A DNA stretch of 64,000 nt from an uncultured virus (IMG/VR IMGVR_UViG_3300017747_002313). Its lineage: Duplodnaviria; Heunggongvirae; Uroviricota; Caudoviricetes; Crassvirales. The notes beneath the pieces are model-generated. The model ran no database searches, was not told where the DNA came from, and saw only the letters and a list, made by a program, of their open reading frames with translations. The stretch lies in IMG/VR virus record IMGVR_UViG_3300017747_002313; one strand, given 5' to 3'. Shown piece after piece: positions 17,801-27,321 of the stretch (position 1 is its first letter; every line of letters begins with the position of its first letter). Both the position numbers and the translations under genes were made by a program.

Positions 17801-20800
17801 GTTCAAAAATCTTCTTAGTTCAGTCTCTTTTTTCTCTCTATCAGTAACACTTTCTTCCTCAATTGCCTTTATTATTTCGTTGATCTCTTTAAGAGTCATG
17901 CTTCCATCAATAACACCTAAGTCCACTAAGTCTTGGTACTCTTTTAACTTCTCATTCTTGAGCTGCTCCTCTTGTTTTTGGAGCATGTCTTCAGTGTACG
18001 TATTTATAGCATCAATATCAGCTGCGTTCTTTATTGCAAAGTTTGTATCATCTTTTGATCTTTTAACTGCATTAAGCACAGCATTTGCGTTTTCAATATA
18101 AGCGTCTATATCTTCAACCATTGCAGGATTTACTCTAGTGAAGTCCTTAGCCATTGCAACTACATTAGCCTGGTTATTCTTCATGAAGTTCTTTATGCTC
18201 TTTCGTACCTTTTGTGCATTTGAAAGTATGTTCTGATACTCTGCATTTTTAAACAAACGCTCAGCGTACTGCAAGAATCTATCAACAATTACAGGATTGT
18301 CTACATTTAAGTAGACTATCTTCTTAGCTAAAGTTGAGGCCTGATTAGCAGTGATTGTTCCTTGACGTTTCATGTTGTTGACAGCTGCAACAATCATTCT
18401 CTGCTTTCTTTTTAAATCAACCTGTGCCTCTCTAGCTGCTTTTGCTTCTAATCTAAGCTGACTTTTAAGTGCTGTTGCTTCATTCACCACTACCTTCTTA
18501 GGTGTGGGTTTGCCAAGTACTTTAGCTACAGATGGTGCTTTCTTTATCTTACCTCCTAAAGAGCTAGTTAACTCACGTACAGCCTCTTCTCTTTGCTTAT
18601 CGTTTGCATTTACATACCAGTCATTTTTCTTAAGGTCGGCCATAGCAGACTCTCTTGCTTTCTGCTCTGTATTACCACGCTCTATAGATAGATCGTACTT
18701 CTCTTTGGCTTTAGATATAACTTCGTTTAGTTCTTTTTTATATTTACCTAATGCTGTTTCAACATCTTCTTTTGTAACTCCGTTTCTAATTAGTACATTT
18801 TTTATAGCACTATCGGAATATCCATTATCTCTAGCTTTATTTATGAAGTTCTGTACATTGTCTCCTACTCTAAATCTAAGTTCAGCAGCACCTTTGCCTG
18901 CTTCCTTGGCTTTAAATTTAGGACTTAATGCTTCTCCTTTGAATAAATCAGCTAGACCTATATTTATAAAATCATCAAGAGACATCTTATCTAGATACTC
19001 ATTGAATTTTTTATCTTTAAATATTTCTTCACTAGTAACAAAGAAATTCTTTACGTACTTAAATAATGCGTTTAACCAATTTTTAAATTGTTTTTTCTTA
19101 GACTCATTAATTATTGTCTCACCTTTAGTTGCTATTAATTCAACTAACGCTTCCTCTCTAGCTAAATCATTATCACCGTACTTATCTATAGCTTGTTGTA
19201 AAGCTTTTGTTCCTTCAACTAACGACAATCCCTTTGATAGTAATGCATTTCCTTTTTTACCTGAAGCATTTGATCTAAGAAAATCAATCCATATATGGCC
19301 GAATTCATGTATAGGTGTAGCTAAAGAATCTGACTCTGGATTAAGATATATCTTTCCATCCTTAGTCATACCAAGAATAACCTTTCCTTCAGATTCTTTT
19401 GTTCTTACACCTTCCTCTTGAAGCACTCTATCAAATTCATCTTTACTATTTGATACTGCTACATCAGGAAAAGCAAATCTTAGTTTAGCAGAAAGTAATT
19501 CAATATCATTAGTATCCATTGAAACTTTAGCTCCTCTAAATGCTTTATCAATAAAAAATGCTCCTCCAACTTCATCTCCAATCTTTTGCTCTGAAGGAAT
19601 TTCTCCTTTTTTATTTTCTTTAAATACCCTAGTTGCTTTTGCTTTCCATTCTGGAAAAACATCTAGTCCATGCTTAGGATTTGATATTAATGCAATAATT
19701 TGTCCCTTGGGTCCAAATCCATAGTTACCATGTTCAACAGGTATAACACCTCCATTCAATACATCGATACCAACAACTGATACAACATTCCCTTTAGGTG
19801 TTTTCATCATTGATGGTTCAGATATATCATTGTATATTGTATCAGCTAAGAAGGCTTTTGATTTAGGATCATTCTTTGCACCAAAAAGTGCGTTTACTGT
19901 ATTTTTAGAAGCAGTCTTAATTCCTTGCTGTGATATCATTAAATCAAACAATAAGCTTCTCTCTGATAATGATAGTGTATTTTTTACATCTCCCTTAGCT
20001 CTATTATTTGCATCTATCACAATCATGTCAAATAATTGCCCAAGCGAATCAATATTATTTGATGATATAAATTCATCTAATTTATTTGCAGATTTTACAA
20101 TAGGTTTTTGACTTACTTTTTTCTTTACATTTATATCCCCCTTCAAAGCCTCTAATGCAGCACGTTGATTTTGTTCTGGTTGAGACTTTACTAATGGAGC
20201 TAGATACCTAAATACAGCTTCATTTGAATTTACAGCAGTATCAGCCATTCTCATAATCGCCATAGGTACATGACCATTGGGTAACTTACCTTCTGCCCAT
20301 AATTGATCAAATAGATTCTTGTTGTTATTATAAAGTTCTAATGCTTCATTGTATTGTGTCTGTGCTCCTTCTTTAGTTACACCAGCCCACGCTGCATTCT
20401 TATTTTTACCAAGAACATTATATAGTAATCCACCTTCAACATCCATTGTGTTACCAACAGAGTCTACAACCTTTCCAGCTGCCAGTGTATCTGACATGCC
20501 TACAACCATCGGTATTCCTTCAAATGATTCTATTGTTCTTGTTTCAGCAGTCCCTTCTTTTACTTGTGACTTACTTTCTTCAATAGGATTAACTTGAATA
20601 TCTTGAGATAATGTAGGTGTAACAAAATTAGCTTCGTATGCAGGTAATTTATCTAGATTAGTCTCTATACTTTCAATATCTATATCTTCTTCAGCAGGAA
20701 TTTCAATACCTTCTACTCTTAGTCTTGGCTTAGTCTCTGATTTAATCAGGCCTAAGTCTTCAGCTAATTTAGATTCAAGGTCAATCTCTTCTTCAGTAGG

Positions 20801-23500
20801 TTCAACTACTTCTTCTTGGGCGACTGCTTGACCTTCTTCGGTAACGACTTGAGGTTCTGCTTCGGGTTTTCTTTCCTCCATTTCTCCGCTAACTGCGGCT
20901 TCTGACTGTACAGGTACTTCACCTGCTGCTTGCTTTTGAACGGCATCTTCTGATATTGTTTTAAGTTGGTTATTAATTTCGGCAATTCTTGCCTTTTGAG
21001 CTGCAACTAGATTTTCATCTTTGCCAGCTATTTCTTGCTCAAGTTTTTTTCTTTCACTAAGAAGTTTAAATGATTCTGTTTTATCAGTTACGTTATCAGG
21101 TATCTCATTTAAAAGTCCAATAGATTCATTTAGTTCCTGAACCTCAGCTCTTGCTTGTTCTTTTGTTATTTGACCAGATAACACTTTTGTTTTTACATCA
21201 TCCTCAAATAACTGCTTTAAGTTAGGATCCTGTATAAGTCGTTCTAAGTTATTTACCTGATTAGCTGTTCTTACTTCTCTTGCTGTACTTAAAGTCTGAG
21301 ATACACTAGACATTACAGTACCTCCAATCATACCAAGCTTATAGCTTTCTGACATTCTGCCTACAATTTCTTTAAAAGAAGGATTTTTAAATACTTCCTC
21401 TCCTTTTATTTCATTGTATGCTGATTTAATTCCTATGTCAGCCAGCTCTTGTAATGCTTCTGTTGTGCCCTCCACATTACCTTTAGCTGTTAGACTTATA
21501 GCTCCTTTTGTAATTAATGCTTTGACACTAGAGTTGATTCTATTGTCAATCATTTCTTGAGTCGCATCTTTTGGTAGATCCTTAAATGCTTTTCCAAGTA
21601 TATATGAAGTTACATTGTATCCTGAAGGAGTTTTACTAAACCATTTAGACATACCAAATGATTCTAATTTAGATGATACATACGCATATGCACCACTCAT
21701 TAAAACTTTATCAGCTTCATCAATACCTTCAGTATTTGGGTCTGAATTTATTTGATCTTTAAAGTTCATGTATGAACTAGCAAATAATCCTATTTGAGAA
21801 GGAGATAAAAGTGCTTTTTTAGCCATACTCTTAACTATTTCTGCACCTGTTCTTTTAGCAACTTCTGTTCCAACAGCTTTAACAGCTCCAACTCCTACTC
21901 CTCCAACTGGCATAGATACAGCAGCGCCAATAGATTCTGCTATGCCAGCTAAAGCTCTTTCTATTGAAGGTCTATTTTCACTAGTTATATATTCATCAGT
22001 TATAACTCCTGGTAATATATCTTGTAATGATTCTTTTCTTAATACATCAGTACTGTATATTCTATTTCCTTTTGCATCATATATAGGTTTATAGTATTCA
22101 CTAATCTCATATGGCATTCTGAAATTTGAAAGAAAACCATATGTAAAATTAGCAAGCATATTACTAGCTACATCACCTCTTTCTTCTTTTGCTAAGTTTG
22201 CTTCTACAACAGTCTTCTCCATCAAATCTCTGTCGTCATTTATTGACTTCAGTTCATCTGACATTTCGTTGTATTTTTGAACTACATCGTTCTTAATAAA
22301 TGTATGCTGTTCGCTATTTAAAGCCTCTTCGTATTGCTCTTTTGTTATTAATCCATCAGAGTAATCTTTCTTTAAATTATCTTCATACTCTTTTACTTTT
22401 CTGCTTTCTTCTTTAAGAATAACAGAGTTACCTATAAGTCTTGAAGTTTTATCTTTGAAATCTTTATCGATATCTTTTATGGTCTTATCACCAAACATAG
22501 CAGCAGACGCATACTTTCCTTTGCTTAATGCATATCCTTTTCTGTAAAACTCTTGCTCTTTTATTTTTTCGTTTATCTGCTCTAATTCTTTATCTACTTG
22601 ATATACAGGTCTTTCAATACCTGACTGACGTTCAAGTAATAGCTGTTCTCTTTTTTGAACTAAATTATTGTATTCTCTAAACTCTAGGTTACCTTCAACA
22701 AATGCCTCAAGCATATTCTTTTCAGTCTCACTTCCATCTAAATCAATAACTATATTTTGACCAGTCTTTTTATTAGTGACTTTCAACATGTCACCCATGC
22801 CAGTTTCTTCGAAGTCAAATATGTCGTACTTAGTTCCTTTAAATTTATCTACCAGATCAGTTACTGCTTGTCCTTCACTTTTGTTTACATATGAAGAAAC
22901 TTCTTTTGATAAATTAGATATGTTATTTTTTTCTACAACAATAGGATCATCTTTCTCTAGTGCCTTAAAGGTTTCTTTGAAAAGTTCTTGTTGTTGTTTT
23001 TGCTCATTTGTTTGAGTTTTCCTTTGAATATTTACTTCAGGTTTAGCCTCTGGCTTCCAGGTCAAACCTTTTTCATAGTCAGCATCATACAGCTTCTTAG
23101 CATCTTTCTCAAGTGCCTGAACTCTTTTATCTACATCGCCTTTCTGTAATTTTATAAAATTACCAGACCTATTATTATCTACATACCATCCATCAGCTGC
23201 TTTTTTGAAAACAGCAAGTTCATTACCTGGAGCTGTATATAGCCCTTCAGATTTTCCTCCAGAAGATACCGATAGCTTTTGAGTCGTTGTTTTTACTGTA
23301 GCCGATGTAGTACTTTTTCCTTGAGGTTGAGAAGGTAATCCCGTAGAACTTTTTTTTTTTACTTCTTTAAATACTACCTGATCTTTATATTCAGGGTATT
23401 TTTCAACCATTTTTTGAGATAATACCATATCATCAACATCTTTATATTGAGGATATTTCTGCTTAATTTTTTTAGAAAACTCTATATAATCTAATGGCAT
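14900..23500 (-). CDS. giant (2866 aa) internal virion/DNA-ejection protein with a zincin-like metallopeptidase motif
   Basis: Size, helical composition, last gene of the podovirus structural operon; PIHEFGHIW...EEALVE. Confidence 0.7.
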   Translation of the reverse strand: MPLDYIEFSKKIKQKYPQYKDVDDMVLSQKMVEKYPEYKDQVVFKEVKKKSSTGLPSQPQGKSTTSATVKTTTQKLSVSSGGKSEGLYTAPGNELAVFKKAADGWYVDNNRSGNFIKLQKGDVDKRVQALEKDAKKLYDADYEKGLTWKPEAKPEVNIQRKTQTNEQKQQQELFKETFKALEKDDPIVVEKNNISNLSKEVSSYVNKSEGQAVTDLVDKFKGTKYDIFDFEETGMGDMLKVTNKKTGQNIVIDLDGSETEKNMLEAFVEGNLEFREYNNLVQKREQLLLERQSGIERPVYQVDKELEQINEKIKEQEFYRKGYALSKGKYASAAMFGDKTIKDIDKDFKDKTSRLIGNSVILKEESRKVKEYEDNLKKDYSDGLITKEQYEEALNSEQHTFIKNDVVQKYNEMSDELKSINDDRDLMEKTVVEANLAKEERGDVASNMLANFTYGFLSNFRMPYEISEYYKPIYDAKGNRIYSTDVLRKESLQDILPGVITDEYITSENRPSIERALAGIAESIGAAVSMPVGGVGVGAVKAVGTEVAKRTGAEIVKSMAKKALLSPSQIGLFASSYMNFKDQINSDPNTEGIDEADKVLMSGAYAYVSSKLESFGMSKWFSKTPSGYNVTSYILGKAFKDLPKDATQEMIDNRINSSVKALITKGAISLTAKGNVEGTTEALQELADIGIKSAYNEIKGEEVFKNPSFKEIVGRMSESYKLGMIGGTVMSSVSQTLSTAREVRTANQVNNLERLIQDPNLKQLFEDDVKTKVLSGQITKEQARAEVQELNESIGLLNEIPDNVTDKTESFKLLSERKKLEQEIAGKDENLVAAQKARIAEINNQLKTISEDAVQKQAAGEVPVQSEAAVSGEMEERKPEAEPQVVTEEGQAVAQEEVVEPTEEEIDLESKLAEDLGLIKSETKPRLRVEGIEIPAEEDIDIESIETNLDKLPAYEANFVTPTLSQDIQVNPIEESKSQVKEGTAETRTIESFEGIPMVVGMSDTLAAGKVVDSVGNTMDVEGGLLYNVLGKNKNAAWAGVTKEGAQTQYNEALELYNNNKNLFDQLWAEGKLPNGHVPMAIMRMADTAVNSNEAVFRYLAPLVKSQPEQNQRAALEALKGDINVKKKVSQKPIVKSANKLDEFISSNNIDSLGQLFDMIVIDANNRAKGDVKNTLSLSERSLLFDLMISQQGIKTASKNTVNALFGAKNDPKSKAFLADTIYNDISEPSMMKTPKGNVVSVVGIDVLNGGVIPVEHGNYGFGPKGQIIALISNPKHGLDVFPEWKAKATRVFKENKKGEIPSEQKIGDEVGGAFFIDKAFRGAKVSMDTNDIELLSAKLRFAFPDVAVSNSKDEFDRVLQEEGVRTKESEGKVILGMTKDGKIYLNPESDSLATPIHEFGHIWIDFLRSNASGKKGNALLSKGLSLVEGTKALQQAIDKYGDNDLAREEALVELIATKGETIINESKKKQFKNWLNALFKYVKNFFVTSEEIFKDKKFNEYLDKMSLDDFINIGLADLFKGEALSPKFKAKEAGKGAAELRFRVGDNVQNFINKARDNGYSDSAIKNVLIRNGVTKEDVETALGKYKKELNEVISKAKEKYDLSIERGNTEQKARESAMADLKKNDWYVNANDKQREEAVRELTSSLGGKIKKAPSVAKVLGKPTPKKVVVNEATALKSQLRLEAKAAREAQVDLKRKQRMIVAAVNNMKRQGTITANQASTLAKKIVYLNVDNPVIVDRFLQYAERLFKNAEYQNILSNAQKVRKSIKNFMKNNQANVVAMAKDFTRVNPAMVEDIDAYIENANAVLNAVKRSKDDTNFAIKNAADIDAINTYTEDMLQKQEEQLKNEKLKEYQDLVDLGVIDGSMTLKEINEIIKAIEEESVTDREKKETELRRFLNTRFDRYSTIIKDMLKTKVDPFTGEEVEVSEKDREVLKRLMNVKLDAMSVKNAYTIVESMDNFIVNGITDGLDGAISTYEGDVAAKEARAEGIKAKKLRLYFSPVVGRAWYENFATLPVLFDSMFLGVKSGMSIMKKMGFDLLSNGTAKAINIYNKAINEYGETFAKKRPNDQAFNTSYNAYERGMLAYLKRTVLGNERAQKAELKRRIGLIKESINTLNEYGNNDQLKMAELYQEVFDKLGLSDGDVTIEQIEASTDSINADAVNWWIDQWSKHYPELYDVSLSVYNTKLGKDINYTTDRLSRVDGERELVDEATGKVGAFALDLGLVSYKDKAGVLMESNKDFRSLDTGKKSTTRFVNLDFDMSNAGSLKSALIDVNTASAIRRVDAFLNSRSYEKLFQEEKDAKLLKRRVENYILRYKNKMSFSDATLGDLDKFLDISASVGATRALGGPSQAALQTVPVFISTMINAGVGNIDFAGMVSDTDFHSWLNNSGYAIANRGMDASTAIESANKYLDKAPNTKGKVALEYARKINEFWLKKFLSQPDVWIARNAWKSYYTQSLKEQKLYNGNIDWKTHELNKEAADYAEHMVARQQNVSDAAMMGDFMNSPQPIKKIVRKVVLPFANFIMNQKTRLQSDLRTVRNTELSTKEDIRKAWRSLSGLAAEITAYNVIAYSLKLYVYDAIAASLTGYEEDEEEKEKNKRNRKKFVLQNLVKDVFSPLPVTDGLTIQGFNAIADFVQEKTASQEDINQAVEERNLYLENRGEDPMTEKEKEKFIKEFVDSQKMVFEEYGTKQWIDLGTATIAIDKAKELYDMIAMTTTGKFEKEFKGNKVEKVILPEDKTAMGIATTFSALYNLGLLSREFNSVATSMKKYVQKNAISQEQFEDYKEIKKEFGDVDGYKKDLLKRKMKIDKVMNEIRWVEENGGLTKEQSAEYNKLREVQGNVYIEDLKKLQKGMKAEKIYK

Positions 23501-23513
23501 ATCTATATGTTTA

Positions 23514-24965
23514 TTATAAACCTAAATTTAATGGATCATTACTATTACCTGATGATTGAGGTGCGCCTCCAGTTGATTCAATCCAAGCTGATCTTTGATT
23601 ATATCCTGTATTAGGACTTGAGTAGAAGAAAGGTATTAAATCTTCTAAGTTTTTAGTAGCACTAAATCTAACTACTTTTTTAGGAGTTTTACTATCACTC
23701 ACTTTAACAAATTCAACTATTTGTCTTCCTTTGCCAGGTACAGTTTCAATCTTATATTTATCGCTTACTAGCATTGATTCAAGTTTTTGAACATTACCTG
23801 AATTCCAAGCGTCAGCCATTTCAGCATATTGGTTATATTGCTTTTGTTTAGGTTGACCTGTAGTTGTAGTTCCACCTCCTCCAGTCCATCTCTGCTGAGG
23901 TGATCCACTAATCTTCTCAGCTAACTGAATATCAATTTCTCCACGAGCACGATCTTTAGCAGCGTTACGTTGCTGTTCGTTTAACACTGGCATTATAAGA
24001 CCTCCTCTATCTTGAGTTACTTGAACTAACGAAAGTTCTATTTCAGCTAATTCATCTTTAGTTAGATTTACATCTTTAAGTCCTGCTTGTTGTTTTATTT
24101 GAACCTCACGTTGAATAGCTTGTTCTTTCTTAGTTTTATATTCTTCAGGAGTTCTATAGTAATCTGGTGCTGGTATAACACCATTGTCTACAAGTACACT
24201 AATCTGTGCTCTAGGATTAGAGTCAGGAGCAACAGTGTTTACAACACGTTCGACCATTACTTTATACTGGTCTTGCTGTTTAACACTTTCTATATTTATC
24301 TCTCCACCTCTACCTAGATCTTTGAATATTGTTTTAGGCTCCCAGTCTTTTATAAGACCTGTTACTTGCTCGTTTACCTTAATCTTATTAGCATAGATAT
24401 TGTCAGGTATATTCATTGATCTAACGTCGTATATATCACCTATGATCTGACCTGTATTTTTATCAGTCTTAGCCATATATACACGCCCATCGTTATCAAA
24501 CTGTGTGGTCATGTCTGACAAGTTTGACATGTTGCCAAACATGTTATACATCTCGACTTCAAACTCAGAGGCAGTTCCGTCTTGTTGACGTTTAATTATT
24601 TCTAAATACCTATCATCGTATGTTTTTGCTGAATTAGCTAATACTCCCCAGTACTCAGTAAGATTATTCATCTTGTTCTTGTAGTCAACTGCGGATATCT
24701 CTCCAGCTTTAAGTTGGTCGTTCCACTGTTTTATAATTGTACGTCCTTGATCTGCACCACGAAGTACTAACTGATTTAATGTCTGATTCTTTCCTGGTTG
24801 CCAGCTATTAAGTAGTTTCTGATTATCAGTCGCTATCTTATCAAGTTCTTCACGTTTCTTCTGACGTTCAGCACCAACCTGATATACTTTACCAGCTAGA
24901 TCTTCAGTAAGATCTGCCCAGTTTATTGTCTGAGTAGGTACAAATCCTGCGTATTCTATTGCCAT
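23514..24965 (-). CDS. internal virion protein
   Basis: Position in ejection-protein cluster; helical, Gln-rich. Confidence 0.55.
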   Translation of the reverse strand: MAIEYAGFVPTQTINWADLTEDLAGKVYQVGAERQKKREELDKIATDNQKLLNSWQPGKNQTLNQLVLRGADQGRTIIKQWNDQLKAGEISAVDYKNKMNNLTEYWGVLANSAKTYDDRYLEIIKRQQDGTASEFEVEMYNMFGNMSNLSDMTTQFDNDGRVYMAKTDKNTGQIIGDIYDVRSMNIPDNIYANKIKVNEQVTGLIKDWEPKTIFKDLGRGGEINIESVKQQDQYKVMVERVVNTVAPDSNPRAQISVLVDNGVIPAPDYYRTPEEYKTKKEQAIQREVQIKQQAGLKDVNLTKDELAEIELSLVQVTQDRGGLIMPVLNEQQRNAAKDRARGEIDIQLAEKISGSPQQRWTGGGGTTTTGQPKQKQYNQYAEMADAWNSGNVQKLESMLVSDKYKIETVPGKGRQIVEFVKVSDSKTPKKVVRFSATKNLEDLIPFFYSSPNTGYNQRSAWIESTGGAPQSSGNSNDPLNLGL

Positions 24966-24975
24966 GGTTTAATTT

Positions 24976-25653
24976 TTATTTTGGCGTTCCCCAATCAATT
25001 TGACCTTCTTGGCTATAAAGATAATCCCAAGTAGGAGCTTGAAATTCTAATGCTTGCCTTGTTCTTTTAGGTATATATTTTTGTTGATACAATGGAACAG
25101 CTTCACCTGCATATCCTACCGCTGTACCAAGTCCTTGAACTGCACCACTAATACCTGCGTTAATATTTGCGTTAATATTTGCTTGAGCCTGAGCCGCTGC
25201 TCCTTGAGCACCTTCTAACTTAAAAAGCTCCATTTCTCTTTCAGCCATTGTATTACGAGCGTTAGCCATCTGTTGTGCTTGAGCTTTCTGTAAATCCAAT
25301 CCCATCTGTGCCTCGTTAGCCTGAGCCGCCAATTGAAGCTGTTGCTCAGATCCTACTTGCATCATTCCAGGAAGTGCTCCAATAACTGCCTCTGCTCCTG
25401 CTCCTTGTACAGACTGTACGCCTGACATCATCGCACGATCTGCTGACTGCTGTGCTAGTTCGAACCCAAGAGTAGGCATTTCAATATCTTTAAATGCGTT
25501 CTCTTCCTTAATATTTTTCATTCGATTAGCAGCAGCTGTTGCTGACTGCTGTGCTCTCTTTCGTTCTTTATCAGCTTGTACCGCTTGATTGACGCTTAGT
25601 CCAACACCAGCTAAGGCTACCCCTGCTGATATTACTGCTGTTGCTGCTGCCAT
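24976..25653 (-). CDS. internal virion (pilot-like) protein
   Basis: Ala/Gly/Gln-rich with hydrophobic N-terminus. Confidence 0.6.
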   Translation of the reverse strand: MAAATAVISAGVALAGVGLSVNQAVQADKERKRAQQSATAAANRMKNIKEENAFKDIEMPTLGFELAQQSADRAMMSGVQSVQGAGAEAVIGALPGMMQVGSEQQLQLAAQANEAQMGLDLQKAQAQQMANARNTMAEREMELFKLEGAQGAAAQAQANINANINAGISGAVQGLGTAVGYAGEAVPLYQQKYIPKRTRQALEFQAPTWDYLYSQEGQIDWGTPK

Positions 25654-26135
25654 TTCTTTCTGTTTAAAAATAAAACCTGAATAAGTCTAGACGACTTACC
25701 AACCCCAAAGTTACTGAAAATATTTCGACTGTGTAATAGCTCTGAATCAAAAATGATCATCCTATTGAAATCAGAGAAGAACCTAACCTTTAGGCTTTTG
25801 TCATCGTTGTATATCGTAGTTCCATCATTGGGAATATTTTCACTGCTTAAGTACAGTATCGCAGTCAGGTCACCCATCATCTCATCGCTATGTATGAAGT
25901 TAGGTTCTAACTGTCCTTCAGGTGATATACGCACAAAGTTATGTGCTACCTCGTACTCGTTACGAAGGAACCAAAGAATCCTCTTTTGCACCTCGTCATC
26001 TAGGCGTGGCTGTATTCCTTTGAATACACCTACCTCTGTATCTACGTCGTAGAACTCTTTACTGAATATGTCTTCAAGATGCTCCTCTGGGTTATCCAAG
26101 AAATCATCTATTACATTAAACTGCCTTAGCTTCAT
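25632..26135 (-). CDS. 2OG-Fe(II) oxygenase
   Basis: VIDDFL, IHSD, AILYL, GT..Y, FNRMIIFD..LLHSR, RL.QV.F. Confidence 0.8.
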   Translation of the reverse strand: MKLRQFNVIDDFLDNPEEHLEDIFSKEFYDVDTEVGVFKGIQPRLDDEVQKRILWFLRNEYEVAHNFVRISPEGQLEPNFIHSDEMMGDLTAILYLSSENIPNDGTTIYNDDKSLKVRFFSDFNRMIIFDSELLHSRNIFSNFGVGKSSRLIQVLFLNRKKWQQQQQ

Positions 26136-26539
26136 AGTAACTTTATCATCTCTTGGCATCCGCTGCTGCCTAATTGATATCCACATGCTTCATACCTCTC
26201 AATAAGAGGCTTGCTCTTAAGCGATGTGTATGCAAACTTATATCCTTTGTCCTTTGCTATGTCTGTAAGCGTATATATAAGGGTATCTAGCGCAATTACT
26301 CTACTGTCTCTATCCTTGAAGTCTGGATTAGATACGATGTACTCGATCCACACGGTCTTAGAGTTTGTGAAGTATATGAACCCAGCGCATACATCAACCT
26401 TATCTATAGATACAATTAAACCTCCAGCTCCATCTTGTGGTAGCATATCCTTAGCAGGAGGCGTCCACCTCCATTTTTTCCACCATCCAACTAGTATATT
26501 GTCGTAGTCTTCTGGCTGTAAGAATCTAATGTCTATCAT
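26132..26539 (-). CDS. GNAT-fold acetyltransferase-like protein
   Basis: VCAGFIY...WIEYIVSNP...AKDKGYK...LIERYEACGY. Confidence 0.65.
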   Translation of the reverse strand: MIDIRFLQPEDYDNILVGWWKKWRWTPPAKDMLPQDGAGGLIVSIDKVDVCAGFIYFTNSKTVWIEYIVSNPDFKDRDSRVIALDTLIYTLTDIAKDKGYKFAYTSLKSKPLIERYEACGYQLGSSGCQEMIKLL

Positions 26540-27303
26540 GGGAAACTCTTAAACGCTGATGTAGATACCTCAAATAACTCAACCTCTGACTCAAATGTGT
26601 TAGTTAGTTCTACCTCCATATAGTATCCACGAACACCATACGACTCGGCTACGTTATTCTTAACTATGAATATCATATCACCAACTAATGGAGGAGTACC
26701 AAATGGATCTGGCAAGTACTCTAATAAGTTTGATGATATTGCAGATATATTACCTAAGTAAGTAGTTACGTTACTGACATTTACCTTGTACACCTTATCT
26801 CCAATACTTACATTTGAAGGTATAGCAAATGGAAAAGATATAGATGGAACTAATGGGTTAACAGCATTTGTTCTGCCTATTCCTTGTGTTGATATTGAGT
26901 TTGGATCAATAACTAATGAAGATAGATTATGTACATATCCAAAGTAAGTACCTTCTTTATCTGAGTACTGATTAACATCAACTATACCAGTATTTAAGTC
27001 AGAAGTAAGCTCTGCTTTCCAAACAGCAGTTGACTCAAGAGCCAACGTCTTGAACATCTTATTTGTTGTAGGATCTTGATTGAATATAGTTGTTATCTTA
27101 GAGTCGTAACGGTCATAGGCGTTATCCTGAAAGTCAAAGTAGAAATTATTTCTATTAGAGTTTCTGTCGTGCTCATACAAGTTACCATTCTTCCACGTAT
27201 AGAAAGTACTATTTAAACCTAGCATCCAATCAGGGTAGAAACTCCAAAATGATGTCCATCCCTTAGAACGTGGTGAATACGTTACTGTAACTTCTCCTGC
27301 CAT
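26536..27303 (-). CDS. tail protein resembling the C-terminal part of the nozzle/stabilization protein
   Basis: TY....GWTSFWSFYPDWM...FYTWKNG.LY.H...N.FY...K.FKTL.LES...RGYY. Confidence 0.6.
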   Translation of the reverse strand: MAGEVTVTYSPRSKGWTSFWSFYPDWMLGLNSTFYTWKNGNLYEHDRNSNRNNFYFDFQDNAYDRYDSKITTIFNQDPTTNKMFKTLALESTAVWKAELTSDLNTGIVDVNQYSDKEGTYFGYVHNLSSLVIDPNSISTQGIGRTNAVNPLVPSISFPFAIPSNVSIGDKVYKVNVSNVTTYLGNISAISSNLLEYLPDPFGTPPLVGDMIFIVKNNVAESYGVRGYYMEVELTNTFESEVELFEVSTSAFKSFP

Positions 27304-27321
27304 AGAACAAAGATAGCAATT

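Noticed and set aside
16326..23015. Plus-strand ORFs (e.g. 18504-19421, 305 aa) opposite the giant gene
   Set aside because: Ser/Phe/Leu-rich antisense shadows of a Lys/Glu-rich coding strand
14900..23500. Virion RNA polymerase as in crAss-like or N4 phages
   Set aside because: No DxDxD or other polymerase catalytic motif recognised in the translation
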